From: an uncultured Rickettsiales bacterium
GTDB lineage: Bacteria; Myxococcota_A; UBA796; UBA9615; CAYRNR01
NCBI GenBank assembly: GCA_964584075.1
Contig: CAZOYV010000002.1
Span: 3,769-67,768, forward strand
DNA length: 64,000 nucleotides
Direction: 5' to 3'
In this document: positions 11,923 through 21,979 of the stretch, piece after piece
How positions within the stretch are numbered: position 1 is the first letter of the stretch
Layout of the letters: the number at the start of each line of letters is the position of its first letter
The notes under the pieces: model-generated
Databases searched by the model: none
The model's input: only the letters and a program-made list of their open reading frames with translations
What the model was told of the DNA's origin: nothing
Position numbers and translations under genes: made by a program

Positions 11923-12594
11923 ATGGAGATCAGCACGGACCAGCACGTCTTCGCCCAGTGGGGCTTCGTGACGATCAACGCCACGCTGGTCTACTCGTGG
12001 GCCGTGATGGCGCTGCTGGTGGGCGGGGCGTGGCTCGCCGGGCGGCGCCTGACCGGGGGCCGCGACGTGGGCCGGCTGCAGGTGCTGCTCGAGACCGTGG
12101 TCTCCACCATCCGCGGCCAGATCGCCGAGATCACGATGCAGGACCCGCGGCCGTTCCTGGGGTTCCTCGGGACGCTGTACCTGTTCATCGCCACGGCCAA
12201 CCTGCTGGCGTTCGTGCCGGGCTACCACCCGCCGACGGCGTCGCTGTCGACGACCTCGGCGCTGGCGCTGTGCGCCCTGGCGGCGACGCTGATCCACGGC
12301 GTCCGCCGGCGAGGCGTGATCGGATTCCTGCGGCACTACACGGAGCCGACGCTGCTGGCGCTGCCGTTCAACGTGATGGGAGAGATCTCGCGCACCGTGG
12401 CGATGGCCGTGCGGCTGTTCGGCAACGTGATGAGCGGGATGGTGATGATCGCGATCCTGCTGATGCTGGCGCCGCTGCTGCTGCCGGTGCCGCTGCACGT
12501 GCTGGAGCTGCTGATCGGCCAGGTGCAGGCCTACATCTTCGCCGTGCTGGCCACGGTCTACATCGGCTCGGTGTCGCGCACCGAGGACGAGTGA
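11923..12594 (+). CDS. atpB: ATP synthase F0 a subunit.
   Basis: Carries the conserved RLFGNVMSG arginine region and the LIQAYIF-like C-terminal helix (LIGQVQAYIFAVL). Confidence 0.85.
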   Translation: MEISTDQHVFAQWGFVTINATLVYSWAVMALLVGGAWLAGRRLTGGRDVGRLQVLLETVVSTIRGQIAEITMQDPRPFLGFLGTLYLFIATANLLAFVPGYHPPTASLSTTSALALCALAATLIHGVRRRGVIGFLRHYTEPTLLALPFNVMGEISRTVAMAVRLFGNVMSGMVMIAILLMLAPLLLPVPLHVLELLIGQVQAYIFAVLATVYIGSVSRTEDE

Positions 12595-12616
12595 GTGGAC
12601 GGGAGGAGCAAGACCC

Positions 12617-12883
12617 ATGGACGACACGACCCTGATCGGGACGATCTCGATCCTCGCCGCCGGCTTGACGATCGCCGTCGGCTCGATCGGCCCGGCGCTG
12701 GCCCAGGGGCGGGCGGTGGCCGGCGCGCTGGAGGCCATCGCCCGGCAGCCGGACGAGTCCGGCACGCTGAGCCGCACGCTGTTCGTCGGGCTGGCGATGA
12801 TCGAGTCGTTCGCGATCTACTGCTTCGTGGTGGCGATGATCCTGGTGTTCGCCAACCCGTTCTGGAACCACCTGACGTCCTAG
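12617..12883 (+). CDS. atpE: ATP synthase F0 c subunit with a Na+-binding-type signature.
   Basis: GGGAGGAG RBS upstream. The helix-1 Gln (ALAQGRAVAG) and the helix-2 ES...Y motif (AMIESFAIYCFVV) match the Q/E-S/Y ligand set of Na+-translocating c rings (compare Ilyobacter tartaricus). Confidence 0.85.
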   Translation: MDDTTLIGTISILAAGLTIAVGSIGPALAQGRAVAGALEAIARQPDESGTLSRTLFVGLAMIESFAIYCFVVAMILVFANPFWNHLTS

Positions 12884-12893
12884 GGGGGAGCCG

Positions 12894-13688
12894 ATGCAGA
12901 TCGACTGGTTCACCCTCGTGGCGCAGGTGGTCAACCTGCTGATCCTGCTGGTGCTGCTCAAGAAGTTCCTGTTCGACCCGGTGATGGAGGCGATGGAGCG
13001 GCGGGAGCAGACCATCGCGGGTCGGCTCGACGACGCCGACGAGCAGCGCCGTGACGCGGAGCGACAGCGCGAGGAGCTCCTCGGCGAGCGCCGGGAGCAG
13101 CAGCGGCGCCGCGAGGAGGAGCTGCAGCGGGCCCGCCGCGAGGTGGACGAGCGCCGCGAGCAGTGGCGCGAGAGGGCACGCCGCGAGGTGGACGAGCGCA
13201 GGCGCGGCTGGGTCGAAGGGGTCCGCCGGCAGCGGCAGGCGTTCCTGCGCGACCTGCGGCGGCGGACCGCCGAGGGGGTGGTTCGGGCCACCCGGCGGGC
13301 GCTGGGCGAGATGGCCGATCGCGAGCTGCAGGCCCAGATGGCCGCCACGTTCGCCCGGCGGGTGGGCGAGCTGCCCGACGAGCAGCGCCGGCGGCTGGCC
13401 GAGGCGCTGGCCGGCGGCGGAGGCGGCCTCACCGTCCGCAGCAGCTTCGACCTCGGAGAGCGGGAGCGCGCGCGGCTGAGCGAGGCCCTGGAGGAGGTGA
13501 TCGGCGCCCCCACCGACCCGGCCTGGGAGCGCGCCGACGATCTGGTCTGCGGCCTGCAGCTGCGCGCCGGCGGCCACGAGCTGGCCTGGAGCCTGGACGG
13601 CTACCTCGAGGACCTCGCCGAGGACCTGGACCGGCGGCTCGACGAGCTCGCCGAGGGGGACGGACCCCGGCAGGAGGCCCGGCCGTGA
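12894..13688 (+). CDS. atpF: ATP synthase F0 b subunit (long, highly charged).
   Basis: N-terminal TM helix [22 protein letters not shown] is followed by a long Arg/Glu-rich coiled coil. 264 aa, which is long for a b subunit. No separate delta gene is present. Confidence 0.7.
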   Translation: MQIDWFTLVAQVVNLLILLVLLKKFLFDPVMEAMERREQTIAGRLDDADEQRRDAERQREELLGERREQQRRREEELQRARREVDERREQWRERARREVDERRRGWVEGVRRQRQAFLRDLRRRTAEGVVRATRRALGEMADRELQAQMAATFARRVGELPDEQRRRLAEALAGGGGGLTVRSSFDLGERERARLSEALEEVIGAPTDPAWERADDLVCGLQLRAGGHELAWSLDGYLEDLAEDLDRRLDELAEGDGPRQEARP

Positions 13689-15220
13689 GCGCGGCGCCCG
13701 CCGACCTGCGGGGCGGCACCGCGGAGGTGCTCGCCGCCCTGGGCGAGGCGCTCGACGCGCGCGACCCGCGACCCGAGCTGCGCGAGGCCGGGACCCTGAC
13801 GCGGGTGGGGGAGGGGATCGCGCTGGTGGACGGGCTGCCGGGCTGCCGCGCCGACGAGCTGCTGCGCTTCCCCCGCGGGGTGCGCGGGCTGGCGTTCAAC
13901 CTGGACCCCGGCCGCATCGGCGCGATCCTGCTGGACGACCACGCCGGGCTGCGGGCCGGCGACCGGGTGCGGCGCTCGGGGGCGGTGCTGGACGTGCCGG
14001 TGGGCGAGGGCCTGCTGGGCCGCACCGTGGACGCCCTGCTGCGGCCGCTGGACGGCGGCGGACCGGTGCACGCCGACGAGCGCTCCCCGGTGGAGCGCGA
14101 GGCGCCGGCGATCATGGATCGGGCGCCGGTGACGGTGCCGCTGGTGACCGGGATCAAGGCCGTCGACGCGATGGTCCCGATCGGCCGCGGGCAGCGCGAG
14201 CTGATCCTCGGCGATCGGCAGACCGGCAAGACCGCCATCGCCGTGGACACGATCCTCAACCAGCGCGGCGAGGGCGTGCGCTGCGTGTACTGCGCCATCG
14301 GCAAGCGCTCCGCGGCGGTGGCCAAGGTGGCCGCCGACCTGCGGCGCGGCGACGCGCTGCCGTACACCGCGCTGGTGGTCACCACCGAGGAGGACCCCCC
14401 GGGGCAGCGCTACGTGGCGCCCTTCGCGGCGATGGCGGTGGCGGAGTGGTTCCGCGACCGGGGCCACGACGCGCTGGTGGTGCTCGACGACCTGACGCGC
14501 CACGCCCGCGCCTATCGCGAGCTGTCGCTGCTGCTGCGCCGCCCGCCGGGGCGCGAGGCCTACCCCGGCGACATCTTCTACCTGCACTCGCGGCTGCTGG
14601 AGCGCTCGACCCACCTGCGCGACGAGCTCGGCGGCGGCTCGCTGACCGCGCTGCCGATCATCGAGACCGAGGCGCAGGACATCTCGGCGTACATCCCGAC
14701 CAACCTGATCTCCATCACCGACGGGCAGATCTACCTGTCGCCGGAGCGGTTCCAGAAGGGCGAGCTGCCCGCCATCGAGATCGGGCGCTCGGTGTCGCGG
14801 GTGGGGGGCAAGACCCAGCTGCCGGCCTACCGCGGGATCGCCGCGGACCTGCGGCTGAGCTACGCGCAGTTCGAGGAGCTGGAGTCGTTCTCGCGGTTCG
14901 GCACCCGCCTGGACGACGAGACCCGCCGGCGCCTGCACCGCGGCCGCCTGGTGCGCGAGGTGCTCAAGCAGGACCAGTACGACCCGATGACCGTGCCCCA
15001 GCAGATCGCGGCGCTGTTCGCGGTGGGCGACGGCCTGCTCGACGACCTCGAGCCCGAGGCCGTGCGGCCGCTGGAGCGGCGGCTGCGGCGGCGGGTCGAG
15101 GATCGCCTGTCCGACTGGGGCGAGCGGGTGCTGGCCGGCGAGGAGTCCACCGAGGCGGACCTGGACGCGCTGCGCGAGCTGGTCGACGAGCTGGTCGACG
15201 AGGATCCGGAGACCGGCTGA
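13685..15220 (+). CDS. atpA: ATP synthase alpha subunit.
   Basis: GTG start at 13685 overlaps the atpF stop as GTGA. P-loop [11 protein letters not shown] and the alpha-subunit core are present. The 174 codons upstream in the ORF-track entry 13163..15220 lie in another frame relative to atpF and were rejected. Confidence 0.9.
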   Translation: MSAAPADLRGGTAEVLAALGEALDARDPRPELREAGTLTRVGEGIALVDGLPGCRADELLRFPRGVRGLAFNLDPGRIGAILLDDHAGLRAGDRVRRSGAVLDVPVGEGLLGRTVDALLRPLDGGGPVHADERSPVEREAPAIMDRAPVTVPLVTGIKAVDAMVPIGRGQRELILGDRQTGKTAIAVDTILNQRGEGVRCVYCAIGKRSAAVAKVAADLRRGDALPYTALVVTTEEDPPGQRYVAPFAAMAVAEWFRDRGHDALVVLDDLTRHARAYRELSLLLRRPPGREAYPGDIFYLHSRLLERSTHLRDELGGGSLTALPIIETEAQDISAYIPTNLISITDGQIYLSPERFQKGELPAIEIGRSVSRVGGKTQLPAYRGIAADLRLSYAQFEELESFSRFGTRLDDETRRRLHRGRLVREVLKQDQYDPMTVPQQIAALFAVGDGLLDDLEPEAVRPLERRLRRRVEDRLSDWGERVLAGEESTEADLDALRELVDELVDEDPETG

Positions 15221-16140
15221 TGGCGACACTGGAGCAGCTGCGGGGGCAGATCGAGAGCACCGGCGAGCTGCGCTCGGTGGTCAAGACGATGAAGGCCCTC
15301 GCCGCGGTGCACATCCGCCAGTACGAGCGGGCGGTGGACGCCCTGCGCGAGTACGAGCGCAACGTGGAGCGGGGGCTGCAGATCGTGCTGCGCCAGCTGC
15401 CGCCCGACGCGCTCGCCGCGTGGGACCCCGGCGGTGGCGCGGTGGTGGCGGTGGTGCTGGGCAGCGACCAGGGGCTGGCGGGCCCGTTCGACCAGCGGGT
15501 CGCCGCCCGCGCCGCCTCGGTGTTGCGGCCGCGGGTGGAGCAGGGCGACACGCTGCGCCTGCTGGCGGTGGGCGAGCGGGTGGCGGGGGCGCTGCGCCAG
15601 GAGGGCCTGCCGGTCCACGAGCGCCGCGAGCTGCCGCGCTCGCTGGAGGGCTTCCCCGCCGCGCTGGGCCGGCTGCTGCCGTGGATCGAGGACACCCGCG
15701 AGGCGATCGACGCCGGCGAGGTGGTGGTGCTGTTCAACCGCCCCGCGTCGGGCGCCTCGTTCCGGGCCACCGCGCGCTGGCTGTGGCCGCTGGACCCGCG
15801 GCGGCTGCGGGAGCTGCGGCGGAGGTCATGGGAGGGCGGCAGCGAGCCGGTGGCGCTCGGCGACCGCCGCGCGGTGCTGCGCGACCTGGTGCTGGAGTCG
15901 TTCCACGTCCTGCTCCACGGCGCGCTGGCCGCCTCGCGCGCCGCCGAGAACGCCAGCCGGATCGCCTCGATGCAGGCCGCCGAGGACAACATCGAGGCGC
16001 GGCTCGAGGAGCTCGACGCCCGCTTCCGCCACTCGCGCCAGAGCCAGATCACGTCCGAGCTGCTGGACATCGTCTCGGGCTTCGAGGCGCTGCGCGAGCC
16101 CGGCGGGGAGGACGGGGAACGCGGGTCGACCCCGCCGTGA
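15220..16140 (+). CDS. atpG: ATP synthase gamma subunit.
   Basis: Start [29 protein letters not shown] overlaps the atpA stop as TGATG. It has conserved gamma N- and C-terminal helices (ENASRIASMQAAEDN). Confidence 0.8.
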   Translation: MATLEQLRGQIESTGELRSVVKTMKALAAVHIRQYERAVDALREYERNVERGLQIVLRQLPPDALAAWDPGGGAVVAVVLGSDQGLAGPFDQRVAARAASVLRPRVEQGDTLRLLAVGERVAGALRQEGLPVHERRELPRSLEGFPAALGRLLPWIEDTREAIDAGEVVVLFNRPASGASFRATARWLWPLDPRRLRELRRRSWEGGSEPVALGDRRAVLRDLVLESFHVLLHGALAASRAAENASRIASMQAAEDNIEARLEELDARFRHSRQSQITSELLDIVSGFEALREPGGEDGERGSTPP

Positions 16141-16429
16141 CCGGCACAGGCCTGGGGGTATCCCCCATTTTGTCGAGGACCGGTTGACGCTTCGCGGTTC
16201 GATTCCGAACCCAAGGACAGGACGGGGTGCAATACGTGGTGGACGGCTCGCCGGGTTCGGAAGGGGACACGGGGGGGGGTCTTCCAGGGCGCTGATCGCC
16301 CCACCCATCGAGTGCGGGGCGTCAAGGCGTCCCGGTTCCCCGTGAACGGCTGTGCGGACTGCACGAGTGGGTCGAGGAACGACCCGCCGGGCAGACGGAT
16401 CTGGAGAGCGGGACAGGAGGACCCAGGAG

Positions 16430-16744
16430 ATGAGCGACAAGACGAGAGACAGGCTGCCCGACGGCATCGACGGGGCGATGGAGCTGAAGGACCTGCGGAG
16501 CGCGGAGCGGCGCTCCGAGGCCGCCGCGGCGTGGCCGGCGCTGAGAGCCGTCGATCGCCTCCTGGCGAGGCGCGACGCGCCCCGCCCGGGGCGGTACGAC
16601 CTCGGCGGCGGGCCCGCGCGCGAGATGAGCGTGGAGGTCACGAGCGTGGCGCCGGACGGCGACGGATCGGACCGGCACGGCGACGACGAGCCGGTTCGCG
16701 GAGCCAAGCAGCGCAAGCGTGTCCCGGTCGGGCCGCTGGGCTGA
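16430..16744 (+). CDS. Small protein, possibly BcsR-like (DUF2629), encoded upstream of bcsQ.
   Basis: Start MSDKTRDRLPDG has a GGACAGGAGGACCCAGGAG RBS. The segment ERRSEAAAAWPALRAV resembles the E. coli BcsR C-terminus (REQLAAALKRWPLLAEF). Its position immediately 5' of bcsQ matches the bcsRQABZC arrangement. The similarity is weak. Confidence 0.4.
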   Translation: MSDKTRDRLPDGIDGAMELKDLRSAERRSEAAAAWPALRAVDRLLARRDAPRPGRYDLGGGPAREMSVEVTSVAPDGDGSDRHGDDEPVRGAKQRKRVPVGPLG

Positions 16745-16787
16745 TCCCCAGGACGCTGGATCAGGTGGTGACAGGAGGAGCACGACG

Positions 16788-17606
16788 ATGAAGACCATCG
16801 CGGTGTTGTCGGGCAAGGGCGGGACCGGCAAGACGACGCTGGCCGCGCACCTCGGCGCGGTGCTGCAGGCCGGCCAGCGGCGCTGCGTGCTGGTCGACGC
16901 GGACCCCCAGAACGCGCTCGGGCAGTGGTTCGGCATGGCGCCCGACGAGCGCGTCGGGCTGGCGCGCAGCAGCGTGCGCCACGCCGAGCTGATGGAGTAC
17001 ACGCGGCGGAGCCAGCCGCTGGTGGCGTACCTGCCGTTCGGGCACACCAGCGTCGACGAGCGCGCCGAGCTCGACGGTCGGCTGCGCGCCGAGCCCGAGT
17101 GGCTGGTCCGCCGCCTCGGCGAGCTGACGCGCCACGAGGTGGACGTGGTGCTGCTGGACACCCCGTCCGGTCTCGGGGAGTGGACAGCGCAGGCCTGCCG
17201 GGCGGCCGACCTGGTGGTGTCGGTGCTGACCCCCGACAGCGCCTCGTACGCCACCCTGCCCGCCCAGCTGGACCTGCTGGAGCGCCACGCCGCGAGCCGG
17301 CAGTCGTTCCTGGGCAGCTACTTCGTGCTCAACCAGCACGACCCGCGGCGCAAGCTGCACCGCGACGTACGCGAGGCCCTGCTCAACCTGCTGGGGGACG
17401 CGGCCGTGCCCGTCGCGGTCCCCCTGGACGAGTCGATCCGCGAGGCGGCGGCCCACCACGAGACCCTGGTCCACCGCTACCCCGACTCCCAGGTGCTGGT
17501 GGCCCTGCGCCAGATCGCCCAGCTGCTGCTGCAGCGGCTGGACGGTGGCGCGCGCCAGGGGGACCTCGAGCCGTTCCTGCACGCGGTCGCGGGAGGAAAG
17601 GAATGA
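16788..17606 (+). CDS. bcsQ: Cellulose synthase operon protein BcsQ (MinD/ParA-like ATPase).
   Basis: Start MKTIAVLSGKGGTGKTT carries a deviant Walker A and has an ACAGGAGGAG RBS. The stop overlaps the bcsA start as ATGA. Confidence 0.8.
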   Translation: MKTIAVLSGKGGTGKTTLAAHLGAVLQAGQRRCVLVDADPQNALGQWFGMAPDERVGLARSSVRHAELMEYTRRSQPLVAYLPFGHTSVDERAELDGRLRAEPEWLVRRLGELTRHEVDVVLLDTPSGLGEWTAQACRAADLVVSVLTPDSASYATLPAQLDLLERHAASRQSFLGSYFVLNQHDPRRKLHRDVREALLNLLGDAAVPVAVPLDESIREAAAHHETLVHRYPDSQVLVALRQIAQLLLQRLDGGARQGDLEPFLHAVAGGKE

Positions 17607-19771
17607 CTGCGACCGGATCGAGGCGATCCCGCGGGCACGGGGACGATCGGGCGGGCCGGCGCGGGCCCTCGCGGCCGTCGCGGATCGGCACCGCGCGGGA
17701 CGTGCTGCTGCTGCTGCTGGCCCTGGCGCTGGCCGTCCCGGTGATCGTGATCCCGCTGGACCTGCGCGCCCAGGCCATCCTGGGGCTGTCGGTGTTCGCC
17801 CTGGCGTGGCTGATGAACCGCTTCCAGGCGCGGGGGGTGACGCTGGCGCTGATGGGGGTGTCGATCGTCGTGTCGTCGCGCTACATCCACTGGCGCCTGA
17901 CCTCGACGCTGGACCTGGAGTGGTCGCTGGACGGGGTGCTCGCCGCGACGCTGCTCGCCGCCGAGCTGTACACCTTCGCGACGCTGCTGCTGGGGTACTT
18001 CCAGACCGCGTGGCCGCTGGCCCGCAAGCCGGTGCCGCTGCCCGACGACCCGGCCCGCTGGCCCACGGTGGACGTGTTCATCCCCACGTACAACGAGCCG
18101 CTGAAGGTGGTCCGCGCCACGGTGCTGGCCGCCAGGGCGATGGAGTGGCCCGACGCCAAGCTGCGGGTGACGATCCTCGACGACGGCAACCGCGGAGAGT
18201 TCCGCTCGTTCGCGGCCAACGCCCGCGTGGGCTACATCGGGCGCCAGGACAACCGCCACGCCAAGGCCGGCAACATCAACAACGCGCTGCAGCACACCGA
18301 CGGGGACTTCGTCGCGATCTTCGACTGCGATCACGTCCCGACGCGGTCGTTCCTGCAGGTCGCGATGGGCTGGCTGGTCCGCGACGAGCGGATGGCGATG
18401 GTGCAGCTGCCGCACCACTTCCACTCGCCCGACCCGTTCGAGCGCAACCTGGGCGTGTTCCGCAAGATCCCCAACGAGGGCAAGCTGTTCTACGGGCTGC
18501 TGCAGCCCGGCAACGACCTGTGGAACGCCAGCTTCTTCTGCGGCTCGTGCGCCGTGCTGCGGCGCAGCGCGCTGGAGGAGGTCGGCGGGATCGCGGTGGA
18601 GACCGTCACCGAGGACGCCCACACCGCGCTGCGGCTCCACCGCCAGGGGTACCGCACGGCGTACCTGGGGGTCCCGCAGGCCTCCGGTCTGGCCACCGAG
18701 TCGGCCGCGGTCCACGTGGGGCAGCGGATCCGCTGGGCCCGCGGGATGGTCCAGATCTTCCGCGTCGACAACCCGCTGCTGGGGCGCGGCCTGAGCCTGG
18801 GCCAGCGGCTCTGCTACACCAACGCGATGGTGTACTTCCTCAACGCGCTGCCGCGGCTGGTGTTCCTCACCGCGCCGCTGTACTTCCTGTTCTTCGGCGC
18901 CCACATCTTCAACGCCGCGCCGGCGCTGGTGGTGGCCTACGCCGCCCCGCACCTGGCCCACATCCTGATGACCAACGCCCGGACCCAGGGCCGCTTCCGG
19001 CACGCCTTCTGGGGCGACGTGTTCGACACGGTGCAGGCGTTCTACATCCTGCTGCCGACCCTGCTGGCGCTGGTCAACCCGCGGCTGGGCGAGTTCAACG
19101 TCACGGCCAAGGGCGGGCTGGTGGAGCGCCCCTACTTCGACCTGAAGCTGGCCGCGCCGCTGCTGGTGCTCGCGGCGGCGAACCTGGGCGGGCTGGCGGT
19201 GGCCGGCTGGCGGGTGCCGCTGGACCCCCAGCACCTGGACGCGCTGGCGATGAACGCGTTCTGGTGCGTGCTGAACCTGATCGTGCTCGGCGCGGGGATC
19301 GCCGTGGCGCTGGAGCGGCGCCAGGTGCGCACCTCGATCCGCGTCGGCGCGGGCCTACCGGCGGTCCTGCGCACGGACGCGGGGCGGACGCTGGCCTGCC
19401 GGACGGTGGACCTGTCCCTGGGCGGCGCGCAGCTGCGCGTGCCCGCGGACAGCGCCTTCGCCCACGACGAGCGCGTGACCGTGGGGGTCGTGGTCAACGA
19501 CGAGGAGCTGCCGCTGTCGGCCCGCGTGGTCTCCGGGCGGCCCGGCGGCCTGCGGGTCCGCTTCGACGACCTGACGGTCGAGGAGGAGGGCTGGCTGGTG
19601 CGGGCGCTGTACGCGCGGGCCAACGCCTGGGAGGACTGGGACGAGGCCCTGCGGCCGGACCGGGTCGCCTTCGGGCCGCTGCGGCTGCTGGGCGACGCGG
19701 CGCGCGCGGTGTGGACCACGCTGGTGCGCTCCCCCCGTCGGCTGCGCCGGCAGAGCGAGGAGGCGTCGTGA
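17603..19771 (+). CDS. bcsA: Cellulose synthase catalytic subunit BcsA (GT2 plus C-terminal PilZ).
   Basis: Motifs D,D,D,QxxRW: DVFIPTYNEP, ILDDGN, FDCDHVP, QRIRWARG. Multiple TM segments. The C-terminal PilZ carries RTSIR...DLSLGG, a c-di-GMP binding site. Confidence 0.9.
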   Translation: MTATGSRRSRGHGDDRAGRRGPSRPSRIGTARDVLLLLLALALAVPVIVIPLDLRAQAILGLSVFALAWLMNRFQARGVTLALMGVSIVVSSRYIHWRLTSTLDLEWSLDGVLAATLLAAELYTFATLLLGYFQTAWPLARKPVPLPDDPARWPTVDVFIPTYNEPLKVVRATVLAARAMEWPDAKLRVTILDDGNRGEFRSFAANARVGYIGRQDNRHAKAGNINNALQHTDGDFVAIFDCDHVPTRSFLQVAMGWLVRDERMAMVQLPHHFHSPDPFERNLGVFRKIPNEGKLFYGLLQPGNDLWNASFFCGSCAVLRRSALEEVGGIAVETVTEDAHTALRLHRQGYRTAYLGVPQASGLATESAAVHVGQRIRWARGMVQIFRVDNPLLGRGLSLGQRLCYTNAMVYFLNALPRLVFLTAPLYFLFFGAHIFNAAPALVVAYAAPHLAHILMTNARTQGRFRHAFWGDVFDTVQAFYILLPTLLALVNPRLGEFNVTAKGGLVERPYFDLKLAAPLLVLAAANLGGLAVAGWRVPLDPQHLDALAMNAFWCVLNLIVLGAGIAVALERRQVRTSIRVGAGLPAVLRTDAGRTLACRTVDLSLGGAQLRVPADSAFAHDERVTVGVVVNDEELPLSARVVSGRPGGLRVRFDDLTVEEEGWLVRALYARANAWEDWDEALRPDRVAFGPLRLLGDAARAVWTTLVRSPRRLRRQSEEAS

Positions 19772-21978
19772 GGCGTCCGGCGACCGTGGCGGCGACCTTC
19801 CTCGCGCTGGCCAGCGGAGCCCTCGCGCAGGAGCCCGAGACCGCGGCCGGGGGCGGCGCCGGGCGGGAGGCACCCCCCGTGGCGGGCGAGCTGATCGCGA
19901 CCGCCCAGACCCTGGAGGAGCTCGGCTTCGACGACGCGGCCCAGCGCTACAGCACCGACCCGGCGCAGCAGCTGTGGTTCCACACGCGGGACGACCAGGT
20001 GCCGGTGCAGGCCCGGCTGTCGCTGGACCTGGACGAGGACCGGGCGGCGTGGGAGGGCATCGAGGCCCTGGAGGTGGCGATCAACGGCGAGCCCGTGGCG
20101 CGCATCTCGGCCGGGGACGTGATCGTCGACGACCGGCCGCGGTTCGATCTCGACGCGCGGCTGCTCGGCGACGACAACGCCCTGACGATGCGGCTGGAGG
20201 AGACGAGCACCGGCGTGTGCCTCGACCGCATCCCCCGCGGGAGCTGGTCGCTGGTGGAGGGCGGCTCGGTGGAGATCGAGGGTACGTCGCTGGGGCTGGC
20301 CGCCGACCTGGCCCTGCTGCCGCTGCCGTTCCTCGACGTCGAGACCGACCGCGAGGTGGTCGTCCCGGTGGCGTTCGCCGCGCCCCCGGACGCCGGGACG
20401 GTCCGCGTCGCCGGGCTCCTGGCGGGCTACTTCGGGACCCGGACCAGCGCGCCGGTGGCGTTCGAGGTCCACATCGAGGAGCTGCCGCCGCGCAGCGCGG
20501 TGGTCCTCGACCTCGGTGACGCCGGCGAGCAGCGGTGGGGGCTGGAGCCGGCCGGCGGGCCCACGCTGGCGATGGTGGACCACCCCGGGGAACCACGGGG
20601 CCCCCACGCGCTGCTGCTGATCCGCGGTCGGGACCTCGCCGAGCTGGAGACCGCGATGCTGGGCCTGCTCGAACCCGCGGAGCCGCTGCAGGGCCCGCGG
20701 GTGGTGGTCGAGGATCGGCCCTCGCTGCCCGACCGGGTGCCCTACGACGCGCCGCGCTGGCTACCGCCGGAGCCGCGCGTGCAGTTCGCCGACATCGAGG
20801 GCGGCGGGGAGCTGGTCCACCGCGGCCTGAGCGACGGGACGCTAGAGGTCGACTTCCGCATCGCCCCGGACCTGTTCGCCTGGCCGGACGAGACCCTGCG
20901 GCTCACCGTGGACTACACCCACGTGGCGCCCAGCGACGACTTCGTGCCGCGGATCGACGTGGAGCTCAACGGCCGCTACGTGGAGACCCTGCGGCCGCCG
21001 GCGATCCAGCAGGGCATGGGGATGCGCAGCGCCGAGCTCCCGATCCACCGCACCTGGCTGCGGGGCTTCAACCGGCTCGAGTTCCACGTCTCGTGGCCCG
21101 ACCCCGCCGCGGTCTGCGACCGCGATCCGGACCTCGCGGCGACCATCGAGACGCGCATCGAGCCCACGTCGACGCTGCACCTCGAGGGGGTCCCGCACTT
21201 CACGACCCAGCCCGACGTGGCGTCCTTCGTCGAGGACGGGTTCCCGCTGACGCGGATGGCCGACCTGTCCGACACCGTCCTGGTGCTCCCCGACGCCCTG
21301 GCACCCGGGGACGTGGCCAGCGCGCTGTCGGTGCTGGCCCACCTGGCGGCGATCACCGGCGTGGCGGGCCACGGGCTCGAGGTGGCGACCGAGGGGGAGC
21401 TCGCGGAGCGCGCCCCGGCCGGGGCGGACCTGCTGGTCGTCGGCAACGGGCAGGACCTCCTGCTGCTGCGAGAGGCGGAGACGTGGCTGCCGCTGACCCG
21501 CCGCTTCGACCGGCTGGAGGCGCGCGCACCCGGATGGCCGGAGCGCCTGGCGGGCTGGACCGCCGGCCGCCGGATGGCCCGCGAGGCCTCGCAGGTGCAG
21601 GAGCTGCTGTCGCGCAACGCCGGGATCATGGCCGTGATGGGCACGCGATCGCCCTACGACGAGCGGCACACCCGGTTCGTGATCACCGCCCCGCGCCCGG
21701 AGGACATGCCCCGCGCCGACGAGCTGCGCGGCTTCACCGTCGCCGACGAGGCGGTGGGGGACGTGCTGCTGGCCCGCGCCGACCGCCGCTGGAGGTTCGC
21801 GGTGGGGCCGCGCTTCGACACCGGCGAGCTGGCCTGGCCGGAGCGCGCCCGCTGGCTGGGCGCGCGCCACTGGCTGCTACTGCTGCCGTCGTGCCTGCTG
21901 GCGGCCCTGGCGTTCTCGTCCGGTACGCGCTCGTACCTCTCCCGCCGGGCGCGCGCCCGGCTCGACGGGAAGCGGTGA
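19768..21978 (+). CDS. bcsB: Cellulose synthase periplasmic subunit BcsB.
   Basis: GTG start overlaps the bcsA stop as GTGA. It has a signal peptide (VRRPATVAATFLALASGALA), a BcsB-size periplasmic body, and a C-terminal TM anchor (WLLLLPSCLLAALAF). Confidence 0.8.
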   Translation: MRRPATVAATFLALASGALAQEPETAAGGGAGREAPPVAGELIATAQTLEELGFDDAAQRYSTDPAQQLWFHTRDDQVPVQARLSLDLDEDRAAWEGIEALEVAINGEPVARISAGDVIVDDRPRFDLDARLLGDDNALTMRLEETSTGVCLDRIPRGSWSLVEGGSVEIEGTSLGLAADLALLPLPFLDVETDREVVVPVAFAAPPDAGTVRVAGLLAGYFGTRTSAPVAFEVHIEELPPRSAVVLDLGDAGEQRWGLEPAGGPTLAMVDHPGEPRGPHALLLIRGRDLAELETAMLGLLEPAEPLQGPRVVVEDRPSLPDRVPYDAPRWLPPEPRVQFADIEGGGELVHRGLSDGTLEVDFRIAPDLFAWPDETLRLTVDYTHVAPSDDFVPRIDVELNGRYVETLRPPAIQQGMGMRSAELPIHRTWLRGFNRLEFHVSWPDPAAVCDRDPDLAATIETRIEPTSTLHLEGVPHFTTQPDVASFVEDGFPLTRMADLSDTVLVLPDALAPGDVASALSVLAHLAAITGVAGHGLEVATEGELAERAPAGADLLVVGNGQDLLLLREAETWLPLTRRFDRLEARAPGWPERLAGWTAGRRMAREASQVQELLSRNAGIMAVMGTRSPYDERHTRFVITAPRPEDMPRADELRGFTVADEAVGDVLLARADRRWRFAVGPRFDTGELAWPERARWLGARHWLLLLPSCLLAALAFSSGTRSYLSRRARARLDGKR

Positions 21979-21979
21979 C

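Noticed and set aside
12368-13577. Minus ORFs 12368..13513 and 12558..13577, and plus ORFs 12595..12942 and 13051..13479.
   Set aside because: They overlap atpB, atpE and atpF in wrong frames or on the wrong strand. The ATP synthase genes account for the region.
16190-16215. A tRNA-like T-loop sequence GGTTCGATTCC.
   Set aside because: No acceptor, D or anticodon stems can be formed around it. It is a simple 6-bp hairpin, not a tRNA.
17545-19767. The N-terminal portion of plus ORF 17545..21978 and minus ORF 17477..19234.
   Set aside because: They are alternative frames over bcsA. Only the segment from GTG 19768 onward (bcsB) is protein-like.
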